Below are positions 39,201-49,600 of a stretch of DNA of 64,000 nt, one piece after another. This stretch comes from an uncultured Actinomycetes bacterium (GTDB lineage Bacteria > Actinomycetota > Thermoleophilia > UBA2241). A program made the position numbers and the translations under genes. The stretch spans positions 32,001 through 96,000 of the forward strand of contig CAVYCN010000010.1 of NCBI GenBank assembly GCA_963767005.1, given 5' to 3'. Position 1 is the first letter of the stretch, and every line of letters begins with the position of its first letter. Below the pieces are notes generated by a model. It had not been told where the DNA came from, did no database searches, and saw only the letters and a program-made list of their open reading frames with translations.

Positions 39201-42200
39201 CGCCCACGGGCTGGGTGGTGATCGCCAGCTTGGCGGCCGCGCCGGGCACATAGGTCACGGTCGCCTGTGTCTGGCTGGCGCCGCCGCTCTTGACCGCGTT
39301 GCCGCCGAGGGTGGCGACGAAGACGCCGCTGCCGGTGGCGGTGGGGGCGGTCACGGTCGCGGTGTAGGTGCCGTTGCCGTTGTCGGTGACCGCGCCGATC
39401 GTGCCGGTGCCCGACGACCTCGTGATCGTGACCGTCGCGCCCCCGCTGGTGAGGCTGTTGCCGTTGGCGTCCTTGGCGGTCACAGTCAGCACCTGGGCAG
39501 CCGTGCCGTTGGCGGTGATGCTGGCGCTGGTCGGCGTGAGGGTCGAGTGCGTGGCGTCGGCCGCGCCCGGGGTCACCTGCACGTTAGCCGAGGTAGCCGA
39601 GCTGAGCCCGCTGGAGGCGAAGGTCAGCGTGTAGTTGGTGCTCACGGTGCCGGCCAGGGTGAGGTTGGTGAAGGTGGCGACACCGCTCGAGGCGGCCACA
39701 CCGCTCGAGGCCTGGCCGCCGCCCAGCGTGCTGCCGCTCGAGGAGGTCACGGTGACCGTGGCGCTGCTGGTCGTCACGTTGCCGGCCGAGTCTTCGATCT
39801 TGACCACGGGCTCGATCGAGAGCAGCGCACCGCAGGCGCCGCCCACCGGCTGGGTGGTGATCGCCAGCTTGGTGGCCGTCCCGACCGTGACCGTGACGTT
39901 AGCCGAGACGGCCGAGCTGAGCCCGCTGGAGGCGAAGGTCAGCGTGTAGTTGGTGCTCACGGTGCCGGCCAGGGTGAGGTTGGTGAAGGTGGCGACACCG
40001 CTCGAGGCGGCCACACCGCTCGAGGCCTGGCCGCCGCCCAGCGTGCTGCCGCTCGAGGAGGTCACGGTGACCGTGGCGCTGCTGCCGGTCACGAGGTTGC
40101 CCTGGGCGTCCTGCACCTGGACGACCGGCTCGGTGCCGAGCAGGCCGCCGCTCGCGCCGCCCACGGGCTGGGTGGTGATCGCCAGCTTGGCGGCCGCGCC
40201 GGGCACATAGGTCACGGTCGCCTGTGTCTGGCTGGCGCCGCCGCTCTTGACCGCGTTGCCGCCGAGGGTGGCGACGAAGACGCCGCTGCCGGTGGCGGTG
40301 GGGGCGGTCACGGTCGCGGTGTAGGTGCCGTTGCCGTTGTCGGTGACCGCGCCGATCGTGCCGGTGCCCGACGACCTCGTGATCGTGACCGTCGCGCCCC
40401 CGCTGGTGAGGCTGTTGCCGTTGGCGTCCTTGGCGGTCACAGTCAGCACCTGGGCAGCCGTGCCGTTGGCGGTGATGCTGGCGCTGGTCGGCGTGAGGGT
40501 CGAGTGCGTGGCGTCGGCCGCGCCCGGGGTCACCTGCACGTTAGCCGAGGTAGCCGAGCTGAGCCCGCTGGAGGCGAAGGTCAGCGTGTAGTTGGTGCTC
40601 ACGGTGCCGGCCAGGGTGAGGTTGGTGAAGGTGGCGACACCGCTCGAGGCGGCCACACCGCTCGAGGCCTGGCCGCCGCCCAGCGTGCTGCCGCTCGAGG
40701 AGGTCACGGTGACCGTGGCGCTGCTGGTCGTCACGTTGCCGGCCGAGTCTTCGATCTTGACGACCGGCTCGGTGCCGAGCAGGCCGCCGCTCGCGCCGCC
40801 CACCGGCTGGGTGGTGATCGCCAGCTTGGTGGCGGCGCCGGCGCCCAGCGTGAACGAGCTCGAGGTGACGGCCGCCAGTGATGTCGGCGTGAAGGTCAGC
40901 GTGTGGGATCCGGCCGTACCCGTCAGAATCAGGTTGCTGAAGGTGGCTCGACCGTTTGTGTCCGTGGTGACCGTGGTCGTGCCGCTCAATGCGCCGCCGC
41001 CCGAGGCGATCGAGGCGACCACGGCGACGCCGGCGACGGCGACGTTGTTGCCGCCCGCGTCGCGGAGCTGGACGACGGGCGCTGTGGCGAGGGGCGCACC
41101 GCTGAGCGCGCCGCCGGGCTGGGTGCTCAGTACGCACGCGGCGGCCGCACCGGACGCGATGGCGACGGAGCCGGAGGTCCCCGTCAAGGAGCCGAACTGG
41201 GACGTTGCCGTGAACGTGTGCTGGCCGGCGAGACCGGTGAACGTGAGCTCGTCGCTCAGGTCGGCGACCCCGTTCATGAAGTCGGACGCCTGGTCCAAGA
41301 CATTGAGACCCAGGGAACCGAGGCCGCCGATGGTCCCATCGTTCGGACTGGCGTAGACCGTGACGTGGTTGCCACTGGCGTCGAAGCTGGTGACGGTGTT
41401 GCCAAAGGCGTCTTCTGCGGTGATCGTGTCCGTGCCCGTCAGCGCCACGCCCACGGTCTGGCCGCTGGTGATGCTGACGGCGAACTTGGCCAGGGGGCCC
41501 GGCACGTAGTTGACGGTCGCCTGCGTCTGGGTCGTGCCGCCGTTCATTATCGGATCGTCGTTCAGAGTGGCTTCGAAGACGCCGCTGCCGGTCGCGGTCG
41601 GGGCGGTGACGGTCGCCGAGTAGGTACCGTCGAGGTTGTCGACGACGGGGCCGATCGTGCCTGAGCCGCCCGAAAGCTCCGTGATGGTGACGCTGTCACC
41701 GCCGAGCGTGAGGTCGTTGCCGTAGGCGTCCTTGACCTGCACCGTGATCGTCTGGCTGCTGCTGCCGTCGGCGGTGATCGAGGAGGTCGTCGGGCCGAGG
41801 GTCGACTGGGCTGCGTCTGCAGCGGCGTTGCTCACGCTGATCTGACCGGAGGTGCTGGCGCTGACGAGGCCGTCGGTCACTGTGAGCGAGACGTCGCTGT
41901 CGGCCATTGTCAGCGTCACCTCGGGCGTGGCGACGCCATCTACGAAATCGATCGAGGTGGGCGATACCGTCCCATCTCCGGTGCTGGCCGTCAGCGTCGC
42001 CGGACCGGCGTAGTCGGTCACGACGTTCCCATAGGCATCGTAGGCGGTCACGCTGACGGCGAAGGGGCTGCCGGCCGTCTGGGAACCACTCACCGCTCCG
42101 ATGTCGAAGTGGTCGAGCGGCCCGGGCGAATAGGTCACCGTCAGCTGCGTCTGGCTTGCCTCGCCGCTTTGCACGGCCTCGCCGTTCAGGGTGGCGACGA

Positions 42201-43413
42201 AGACGGCGCTGCCGGTCGCGGTGGGAGCGGTGACCGTGGCCGTGTACGTGCCGTCGCCGTTGTCCGTCACCGGGCTGACGGTGCCGCCGCCGGAGAGCGC
42301 CGCGATCGTCACGTTTGCGCCGCCGACACCCACGGGGTTGCCGTTCGCGTCGGTGACCGTCACCGTGATGACGGTCGTGCTGGTGCCGTCGGCCGTGATC
42401 GTGGTCGTGGCGCTTGTGAGCGTCGATCGGACCGGGTCGGCGGGACCGGGGACCCCGGTCGCGCTGAAGGTCACGGCGGGAAGCCCGGCGCATGACGCCG
42501 TCAGGCTGTTGGCGCCGGCCGCCGTGCCGAGGGTCCAGCTGCCGACCGTCGCCACGCCGCTGGCGTCGGTGACGGCGGCGGCGTCGGTCACGGTGCCGCC
42601 GCCGCTTGCCACGGCGAAGGTCACGGACGCATGGGGCACAGGACGGCCCTTCGCGTCGGTCACGAGGACGCTCGGGAGCACCGCGACGGCGCTTCCGGCG
42701 ACGGCCGACTGCGTGTCACCGGCGTGGGTGGCCACCTGTGCGGGCGGCGCGGCGATCGTGAAGTGGTAGCTCTTGCCCCAGCGGAACACCTTGCGCCCCT
42801 TGCTGCCGCGCACCTTCCAGGTGAGGGCCACGTAGCTCGGCGGCGCGCTGGGGATCTTCCACGACGTCTTGGCGATGCCCGTCTTCCTCATGATCAGCTT
42901 CGCACCCTGGTAGACGCGCAGTTCGTAGCGGTTGGCACCGCTCACCTTCGCCCAGGCGAACGTCGGCTGCAGCGTCGTGATGGTCCCCTGGGGGACGTTC
43001 GGGTCGATCTTGAACGCCGCGCTCGCGCTCCAGGGCCCCGCGCTCTTGCTACCAACGGCCCGGACCTTCCAGGTCAGCTTGGCGTACAGAGGCAGGCTCG
43101 TGGTTGCCTTCCACGTCCATGAAGTCTTTGCGAGCTTCACCTTGTCGAGGAGCAGCTTGCCGCCCTTGTAGACGCGCAGCTCGTACGTACGTGCGCCGGC
43201 GACCTTGCTCCAGCTGAACGTCGGCTTGACTGCCGTGACAGTGCCGGTCGGCGCCTCGACGACGGGCTTGACCAGGGTCGCAGCCAGCGCGGGAGCGGCG
43301 ACGGCGATGGAGCACAGCAGGAGCGCGGCCAGCAGGCCGAGCCCGGCAAGGCCGCGGCGCGTCGCGCACGCGCGAACGCTTCGGCGGCGATCGTCTTGTG
43401 TGTCAGCGTCCAT
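36208..43413 (-). CDS. Giant secreted Ig-repeat (Big_1/invasin-like) adhesin with C-terminal DUF1566-type domain, 2401 aa
   Basis: Signal peptide; two Lys-rich beta domains; DNGDGTYTAT invasin-like modules; ten ~105-aa repeats; C-terminal DWYLPSRDEL...YWSSSE...AW...VRAVRSF. Confidence 0.85.
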   Translation of the reverse strand: MDADTQDDRRRSVRACATRRGLAGLGLLAALLLCSIAVAAPALAATLVKPVVEAPTGTVTAVKPTFSWSKVAGARTYELRVYKGGKLLLDKVKLAKTSWTWKATTSLPLYAKLTWKVRAVGSKSAGPWSASAAFKIDPNVPQGTITTLQPTFAWAKVSGANRYELRVYQGAKLIMRKTGIAKTSWKIPSAPPSYVALTWKVRGSKGRKVFRWGKSYHFTIAAPPAQVATHAGDTQSAVAGSAVAVLPSVLVTDAKGRPVPHASVTFAVASGGGTVTDAAAVTDASGVATVGSWTLGTAAGANSLTASCAGLPAVTFSATGVPGPADPVRSTLTSATTTITADGTSTTVITVTVTDANGNPVGVGGANVTIAALSGGGTVSPVTDNGDGTYTATVTAPTATGSAVFVATLNGEAVQSGEASQTQLTVTYSPGPLDHFDIGAVSGSQTAGSPFAVSVTAYDAYGNVVTDYAGPATLTASTGDGTVSPTSIDFVDGVATPEVTLTMADSDVSLTVTDGLVSASTSGQISVSNAAADAAQSTLGPTTSSITADGSSSQTITVQVKDAYGNDLTLGGDSVTITELSGGSGTIGPVVDNLDGTYSATVTAPTATGSGVFEATLNDDPIMNGGTTQTQATVNYVPGPLAKFAVSITSGQTVGVALTGTDTITAEDAFGNTVTSFDASGNHVTVYASPNDGTIGGLGSLGLNVLDQASDFMNGVADLSDELTFTGLAGQHTFTATSQFGSLTGTSGSVAIASGAAAACVLSTQPGGALSGAPLATAPVVQLRDAGGNNVAVAGVAVVASIASGGGALSGTTTVTTDTNGRATFSNLILTGTAGSHTLTFTPTSLAAVTSSSFTLGAGAATKLAITTQPVGGASGGLLGTEPVVKIEDSAGNVTTSSATVTVTSSSGSTLGGGQASSGVAASSGVATFTNLTLAGTVSTNYTLTFASSGLSSATSANVQVTPGAADATHSTLTPTSASITANGTAAQVLTVTAKDANGNSLTSGGATVTITRSSGTGTIGAVTDNGNGTYTATVTAPTATGSGVFVATLGGNAVKSGGASQTQATVTYVPGAAAKLAITTQPVGGASGGLLGTEPVVQVQDAQGNLVTGSSATVTVTSSSGSTLGGGQASSGVAASSGVATFTNLTLAGTVSTNYTLTFASSGLSSAVSANVTVTVGTATKLAITTQPVGGACGALLSIEPVVKIEDSAGNVTTSSATVTVTSSSGSTLGGGQASSGVAASSGVATFTNLTLAGTVSTNYTLTFASSGLSSATSANVQVTPGAADATHSTLTPTSASITANGTAAQVLTVTAKDANGNSLTSGGATVTITRSSGTGTIGAVTDNGNGTYTATVTAPTATGSGVFVATLGGNAVKSGGASQTQATVTYVPGAAAKLAITTQPVGGASGGLLGTEPVVQVQDAQGNLVTGSSATVTVTSSSGSTLGGGQASSGVAASSGVATFTNLTLAGTVSTNYTLTFASSGLSSAVSANVTVTVGTATKLAITTQPVGGACGALLSIEPVVKIEDSAGNVTTSSATVTVTSSSGSTLGGGQASSGVAASSGVATFTNLTLAGTVSTNYTLTFASSGLSSATSANVQVTPGAAAKLAITTQPVGGASGGLLGTEPVVQVQDAQGNLVTGSSATVTVTSSSGSTLGGGQASSGVAASSGVATFTNLTLAGTVSTNYTLTFASSGLSSAVSANVTVTVGTATKLAITTQPVGGACGALLSIEPVVKIEDSAGNVTTSSATVTVTSSSGSTLGGGQASSGVAASSGVATFTNLTLAGTVSTNYTLTFASSGLSSATSANVQVTPGAAAKLAITTQPVGGASGGLLGTEPVVQVQDAQGNLVTGSSATVTVTSSSGSTLGGGQASSGVAASSGVATFTNLTLAGTVSTNYTLTFASSGLSSAVSANVTVTVGTATKLAITTQPVGGACGALLSIEPVVKIEDSAGNVTTSSATVTVTSSSGSTLGGGQASSGVAASSGVATFTNLTLAGTVSTNYTLTFASSGLSSAVSANVTVTVGTATKLAITTQPVGGACGALLSIEPVVKVEDAGGNVVTSSSATVTVTSSSGSTLGGGQASSGVAASSGVATFTNLTLAGTVSTNYTLTFASSGLSSAVSANVTVSVGAASKIAVNAGDNQVASPGSAVAVNPSVLVTDVGNNPVSGASVTFAIGSGGGSGTGLTPTTNASGIATVGSWTLGSTAGACTLTATSGSLSGSPVTFHATAIQVGSLYGGGVVAYIFQSGDTGYVAGQCHGLIAALTDQSSGIVWALPAYQSTVVGATSTALGTGLANTTAIIAQNGAGTGYAAGLARAYTGGSYSDWYLPSRDELNWLYTYRAAINATATANGGTAFAASPYYWSSSEGDFFDAWQELFGNGSESDHAKSDTCLVRAVRSF
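37033..40832. repeat. Near-identical intragenic tandem repeats (315/318-bp units; 633- and 957-bp higher-order periods)
   Basis: Ten copies of GGTCAGCGTGTAGTTGGTGCTCACGGTGCC; antisense ORF starts recur at 37094, 37412, 37727, 38045, 38360, 38678, 38993, 39635, 39950 and 40592. Confidence 0.95.
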
Positions 43414-43568
43414 GGCTCCCCCGGGTGATCACGGCGATCGAGGATTCGTCGGCGCATGGACCGCAGGCAGGCAGCAGCGCGCCGCAGACGGACCGGTGCG
43501 ACCGAACCCCTTCGCTCTCGTCAAGGCACGTCATGTATTGGCTCCCGATGGACGGATTCCTACTGGGT

Positions 43569-43612
43569 TCGTCGGCAGGCGGCCCGGCCGACTGGATGGG
43601 ACATGTGACTAG
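43569..43612 (-). promoter_or_regulatory. Shared 17-bp box plus sigma28-like promoter of the 2401-aa gene
   Basis: Minus strand reads CTAGTCACATGTCCCAT-CCAG-N15-GCCGACGA. Confidence 0.5.
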
Positions 43613-43621
43613 CCCCTGGAT

Positions 43622-43670
43622 GCGGAGAGGGCCGGCCGGGCGCACGCGCCGCCCGGCCGGCCCTCTCCGC
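43622..43670 (-). terminator. 21-bp perfect stem hairpin after the 2975-aa gene
   Basis: GCGGAGAGGGCCGGCCGGGCG-N7-CGCCCGGCCGGCCCTCTCCGC. Confidence 0.7.
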
Positions 43671-43685
43671 GAGCGCTACCCGGCG

Positions 43686-46600
43686 CTACTTGATGATCAG
43701 TTTCTTGGCGGTGAGCCTGGTCTGCCTGTTGCCGGCGAGGTCGACCGCCGACACCTTCCAGGTGTAGCTGCCCGGCTTGAGCTTCGCCTTGTACTTGTAG
43801 ACGAGGTTGCGGTTGGTCGCGGCCTGCTTGATCACGATGCGCTTCACGACCTTCTTCTTGAGGTAGATCGTGATCGTCACCCTCGCGTAGCCGCAGCTCG
43901 GCGATGCGTCGGTCACGCGGTACGACAGCTTGCCGACCTTGTTGTGCTTGATCGTCACATTCTTCAGGCCCTTGCCCGAGGGCTTGCCCAGGTCGATGCG
44001 CACGGTGGCGGAGCGAGCGGGGTTCTCGATCGTCCCGGCCGTGTTCACCGAGCGATAGAGGATGGTGGTCTGGCCGGCCGTGCTGATCGGGAGCGGTGTG
44101 CCCGCGGCGATCGGCGTCCAGGTGCCGCCGCCGTCGCGCGAGTACTCGGTGTGGTCGATCGGGGCGCCGCTGCCCGGTGTCGCGGTGAAGGTCAGCGAGA
44201 CCGGATGGTTCACCCAGGCGGCCGTCGGCAGGCCGTGGATGATCGTGTTCGGCATGGTCGGGTCGATGTTCACCGTGAAGGTGGCGATCGCCGTCGCGTT
44301 GCCGATGGCGTCGCTCGCCGTGTACTCGTAGGTGGAGCTGTGCGGCTGGCCGTCGGTCGGCAGCGGGACGTTCACAGTGGCCTGGGCGGCGTTCACCGGG
44401 GTCCAGGTCGCGGCGCCCTGCAGCCGGTAGTCGATCTGGCTCACACCGGCGCCGGCGTCGATCGCCGACAGGTGCACGGCAACGGCCGCGTTGTGCCAGT
44501 AGGCGTCGGCGTCGTTTGAGACGACCGGGCCCTGGGTGTCGATCTTCACCGAGCAGGTGCCCGTGGCGCTCGTGTTGCCGGCGTTGTCGGTCGCCTGGTA
44601 TTCGTAGGCGTGCACGCCGTCGTTGGAGCCGTCGCTCGGGGCCGGCACGACGAACTGGCCGTTCGTCGCCGGCAACCACGTCGCCGCGCCCTGCAGGCGG
44701 TACTGCACGCTCGCGATGCCGCTGCCGTTCGCGCCGTCGTCGGCCGTCACCGTGACCGTGACCGGCGCGTTGTACCAGGCGCTGTCGCTGTCGTCGCCCA
44801 CGGTCGGCGGCGTCGCGTCGATGTTGACGTAGCCGACGTTGGCCGGCGCCTCGAGGTTGCCGGCGGCGTCGACCGACCAGTATTCGATGGTATGCGAGCC
44901 GTCGCCGCTCACCTGGAACGAGCCGCTGTAGGTCTGTCGCGTGCCGCCGTCGATCGTGTAGTAGGTGGCGGCCACACCGCCGCTCATGCCCGAGGTCTTG
45001 TCGCTCGGCTCGAGCGTGACGGTCTGCGGCGTGGTCGCCCAGCCGGTCGTGGGGCTGCTCTGCAGGTCCTGGGTGGTCGTGGTCGGGGGTGTCTGGTCGA
45101 CGTTCAGGTAGCAGGTCTGCGTCACGCCGTCCACGTGGTAGCTGTTCTCGGCGTAGAAGACGATCACATGGCTGCCGTCGGTGCTCTCGGGGATCGTCAC
45201 CGTGTTGGCCGCAGTCTGCTGCGCGCCGCCGTCGACCGTGTAGTAGATCGTGAACGGCCCGTTGTCGCCGCCGGCGGTGATCGTCGCCGAAGCCGGCCCG
45301 GTGTGCCAGTCGGAGCTCGCGTCGGCGGTGAGGCCGTTGCTCTGCGCGTACGGGTTGGAGATGTTCACCCAGCCGGTGTGCGTGGCCTCGACGTTGCCGG
45401 CCTTGTCGGTCGCGTAGTAGGTGATCTCGTGCTGACCGTCGCCGCTGACCGTGAACTGGCCGCTGTAGGTCTGGGGACTGCCGGTGTCGAGCGTGTAGGT
45501 GATCGACTGCAGGCCCGAGACGGCACCCGTGCCGTCGCTCGCCGAGAGGCTCACTGTCTGGCTCGTGGTGCGCCAGTCGGAGATCGAGTCGGGGGCGAGG
45601 CCGGGGTCGGTCGAGGTCGGCGGCGTGGTGTCGATGTTCACGTAGCCGTGCTCGATGGCCTCGGTGTTGCCGGCGTTGTCGACCGACCAGTACGTGACGG
45701 CGTGCTGGCCGTCGGCGCTGATCGTGAACGGTCCCGTGTAGGTCTGCTGGGCGCCGCCGTCGATCGTGTAGGAGGTCGTCGCCACACCCGACAGGCCGTC
45801 GCTCGCGGTGAGGCTGACGAGCTGTGGCGAGTTCACCCAGCCCGAGTTGCTCGTGGCTGCGAGGTTGGTCGCCGAGGTGACCGGCGCCACGGTGTCGACG
45901 TTCACAAAGCCGACGTGCGGGGTCTCGATGTTGCCGATCTTGTCGACCGACCAATAGACGATGCGGTGGCTCTTCGAGCCGCTGACCGTGAACGCGGCGG
46001 TGTAGGTCTGGCGCGTCCCGCCGTCGAGGGTGTAGTACGTGACGGCCGCGCCGCCGCTCATGCCTGATCCCGCGTCGGACGCGGTCAGGTGGACGAGCTG
46101 GCTCGTCTGCTGCCAGCCGGTGTCGGCACTCGTCTGCAGATCGCTCGTCGTGGTCTGCGGCGCCTGCGTGTCGATCTTGACCGTGCAGGTGTGCAGTGTG
46201 CTCGTGTTGCCGGCGTTGTCGGTCGCCTGGTACTCGTAGGTCTGGGCGCCGTCGTCGCTGCCGCCAGCCGGCGCCGGCACCGTGAAGGCGTTGTTGGTCG
46301 CCGCGAGCCAGGTCGACGAGCCCTGCAGGCGGTACTGCGTGCTCGCCACGCCCGAGCCGCCGGTGTCGGCCGGCGTGAGCTGCACGACGACGTCGCTGTT
46401 GTGCCAGACAGCGTCGCTGTCGTCGGTCACGGTCGGCGGCGTGGTGTCGATGTTCACGTAGCCGAGCTTGGCCGTCTCGCTGTTGCCGGCGTTGTCGACC
46501 GACCAGTAGCCGACCATCGTGGAGCCGGCCGTCGATACCTGGAACGGCGTAATGTAGCTCTGGGTGCCCCCGCTGTTCAGGTTGTACGAGGTGCTTGCCA

Positions 46601-49600
46601 CACCGGAGCCGGTGCCGTCGCCGCCGGTCAAGGTGACCGTCTGGGGCGTGTTCTGCCAGCCCGAATGGTTGTTGGCCTGCAGGCCGAGGGCGCTCGTGGT
46701 GGGGGCGCGCGTGTCGATGTTCACCGTGCAGATGCCGCTGGCGCCGCCGACCACGCTCGCGTTACCGGCGTTGTCGATCGCCCGGTACTCGTAGGCGTGC
46801 GACCCGTCGTTCGAATGGTCGGACGGGGCTGCCACCGTGAAGCTGTTGCCGCTCGTGACGAGCCAGGTCTGGCTGCCCTGCGGCCGGTACTGGGTGGCGG
46901 CGATGCCCGAACCGCTGCCGTCGCTCGGGGTGAGCGTCACCGTGAACGCGGCGTCGTGCCAGGCGGCGCCGGCGTTGTCGGTCACGGTCGGTGCGGTCGT
47001 GTCGATGTTGACGTAGCCGCTGCCGGGGGCCTCGGTGTTGCCGGCCGCGTCGACCGACCAGTACGTGATGTGGTGCGAGCCCTCGGCGCTCACCGTGAAC
47101 GGCGTGCTGTAGGTCTGCTGGGCGCCATCTACCGTGTAGTAGGTGGTCGCGGCGCCCGAGACAGCGTCGCTCGCCGACAGCGTCACAGTCACCGGAGCGT
47201 TCTGCCAGCCGGTGCTCGCGCTCGCGACCAGGTTGGTCGCCGTCGTGGTGGGCGGCGTCGTGTCGATGTTCACGTAGCCGTTGTTGACCGCCTCGGTGTT
47301 GCCGAGCGCGTCGACCGACCAGTACGTGACCTGGTGCTGTCCGTCGCCGGAGACGGTGAAGGCGCCGGAGTAGGTCGCCTGGTCACTGCCGTCGAGCGTG
47401 TAGTACGTGGCGGCCGAGCCGCCGGTCATGCCGGAGCCGGAGTCGCTCGGGGCGAGGGTCACGCTGATTGGCGTCGCGTTCGTCACCCAGCCGCTGTGAT
47501 CGTCCGCCTGCAGGTTCGTGGCGGTCGTTGTCGGCGCCTGGGTGTCGATGTTCACGTAGCCGGTGTGCGTGGTCTCGGCGTTACCGGCGTTGTCGGTCGA
47601 GAAGTAGGTGACCGGGTGCGAGCCGTTCGCCGAGATCACGAACAGTACGGTGTAGGGGGTGGCGCTGCCGCCGTCGACCGTGTAGGTCGTGCTCGCGAGG
47701 CCCGAGCCACCGGTGTCGCTGGGACTCAGCGTGACGCTCTGGCTCGCGGTCTGCCAGCCGGTGGTCGCGCTGGTCTGCAGGCCGGTGGCCGTGGTCGTCG
47801 GCTTGGTCAGGTCGATGTTGCAGTAGCCGGTCTCGTGGACGCTTTGCACGCTCACGCTGTTCGTCGCGTAGTAGCTGACGGCGTGACTGCCCTGCGTGCT
47901 GAACGTCACGCTGGCGGGGCTGGCAGCGGTCGTCCAGGTGGTGCCGCCGTCGGTGCTGTAGGAGACGGTGATCGGCGTGTGGTCGCCGCTGCCCGTGATC
48001 GTCACCGTGGTGGCCGCCTTCTGCCACCCGGAGCTCGCGTCGGGCGCCAGGTTCGTCGCCTGGGCATTCGGGTTGGAGATGTTCACGTAGCCGGTCTTGT
48101 GGACGGTCACGTTGCCCAGCGCGTCGACTGCCCAGTACACGATCGCGTGCGAGGTGTTGACGGTGTTCGCGACGGTGAACGGGCCGGAGTAGGTGGTCTG
48201 GGCGCCGCCGTCGACCGTGTAGTAGATGTGGACCACGCCCGAGCCGGCATCGGTCGCGGCGAGCGTGACCTGCTGGCTCGCGGTCTGCCAGCCGGTCAGG
48301 TCGTCGACCTGCAGGCCGGTCGGTGTGACGACCGGTCCCTGGGTGTCGATCTTGACCGTGCAGGTGTGCGTCGCGCTCGGGTTGCCGGCGTTGTCGAGGG
48401 CGCGGTACTCGTAGATGCGCGCGCCGTCGTTCGAGCCGTCGCTCGGCGCCGCCACGACGAACTGGTTGCCGGTCGCGTCCAGCCACGTCGACGAGCCCTG
48501 CAGCCGGTACTGGGTGCCCGCGACGCCCGAACCGCCGGTGTCGTGCGGCGTGAGCGTGACGGGCACCGGCTGGTTGTGCCAGGCGTCGTCGGCGTCGTCG
48601 GCGACCGTCGGCGCCGTGCTGTCGATGTTCACGTAGCCGGTGTTCTGGCTTTCGATGTTGCCGGCGGCGTCGACCGACCAGTAGAGGACGGTGTGCGAGC
48701 TCTGGCCCGACACGCCGAACGAGTTCGTGTAGGTCTGCGCGGGCTGCGAGTCGAGCTTGTAGTAGGTGGTCGCCGTGCCCGACAGATCGTCGGTGGCGGC
48801 CAGGCTCACCGTCTGGCTCGTGTTCTGCCAGCCGGTCGTGGCGCTGCTCTGCAGGCCGGTCGCCGCGGTCTGCGGCGCTGTCCAGTCGATGTTCACGTAG
48901 CCGACGTTGGCCGGCGTCTCGATGTTGCCGGCCGCGTCGACCGACCAGTAGGTCACGGTGTGCGAGCGCTCGCCGCTCACCTGGAACGCGCCGCTGTAGG
49001 TCTGCTGGGCGCCGCCGTCGAGCGTGTAGTAGGTGGCGGCGCTGCCGTTGGCCATGCCCGATGTGGCGTCGCCGGCCGACAGGTTCACCGTCACCTGGGC
49101 AGCGTTGGTCCAGCCGCTCGTGGCGCTGCTCTGCAGGCCGGTCGCCGTGGTCGTCGGCGGCGTGGGGTCGATGTTCACGTAGCCGACGTTGGCCGGCGTC
49201 TCGACGTTGCCGGCCGCGTCGACCGACCAGTAGGTCACCCTGTGCGAGCGCTCGCCGCTCACCTGGAACGCGCCGCTGTAGGTCTGCTGGGCGCCGCCGT
49301 CGACCGTGTAGTAGGTCGCCGCGCTGCCGCCGGTCATGCCCGACGTCGCGTCGCTCGCGCTCAGGGAGACGCTCTGCGCGGTGGTCACCCAACCGGAGCT
49401 GCCGGTCGTCTGCAGGCCGGTCGCCGTGGTCGTCGGCGGCGCGCCGTCGATGTTCACGTAGCCGGTGTGCTGCGGCTCGATGTTGCCGACCGCGTCGACC
49501 GACCAGTACTTGACGGTGTGCGAGCGCTCGCCGCTCACCTGGAAGGCGCCGCTGTAGGTCTGCATGTCGCCGCCGTCGACCGTGTAGTAGGTCGCCGCGC

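Noticed and set aside
37033-40832. Regular repeats as a possible CRISPR array or insertion sequences
   Set aside because: Units are 315-318 bp, in frame and have no unique spacers; no cas or transposase genes.
36637-40881. 1414-aa plus-strand ORF and the series of 104/105-aa ORFs
   Set aside because: Antisense products of the repetitive adhesin gene.
43340-43413. Tat export of the 2401-aa protein (TRRGLAG)
   Set aside because: The motif is weak, Arg pairs are frequent in GC-rich n-regions, and the size makes Sec export more plausible.
36208-43686. Complete DGR cassette in the window
   Set aside because: No reverse transcriptase, Avd or adenine-rich template repeat found by eye in any intergenic region.
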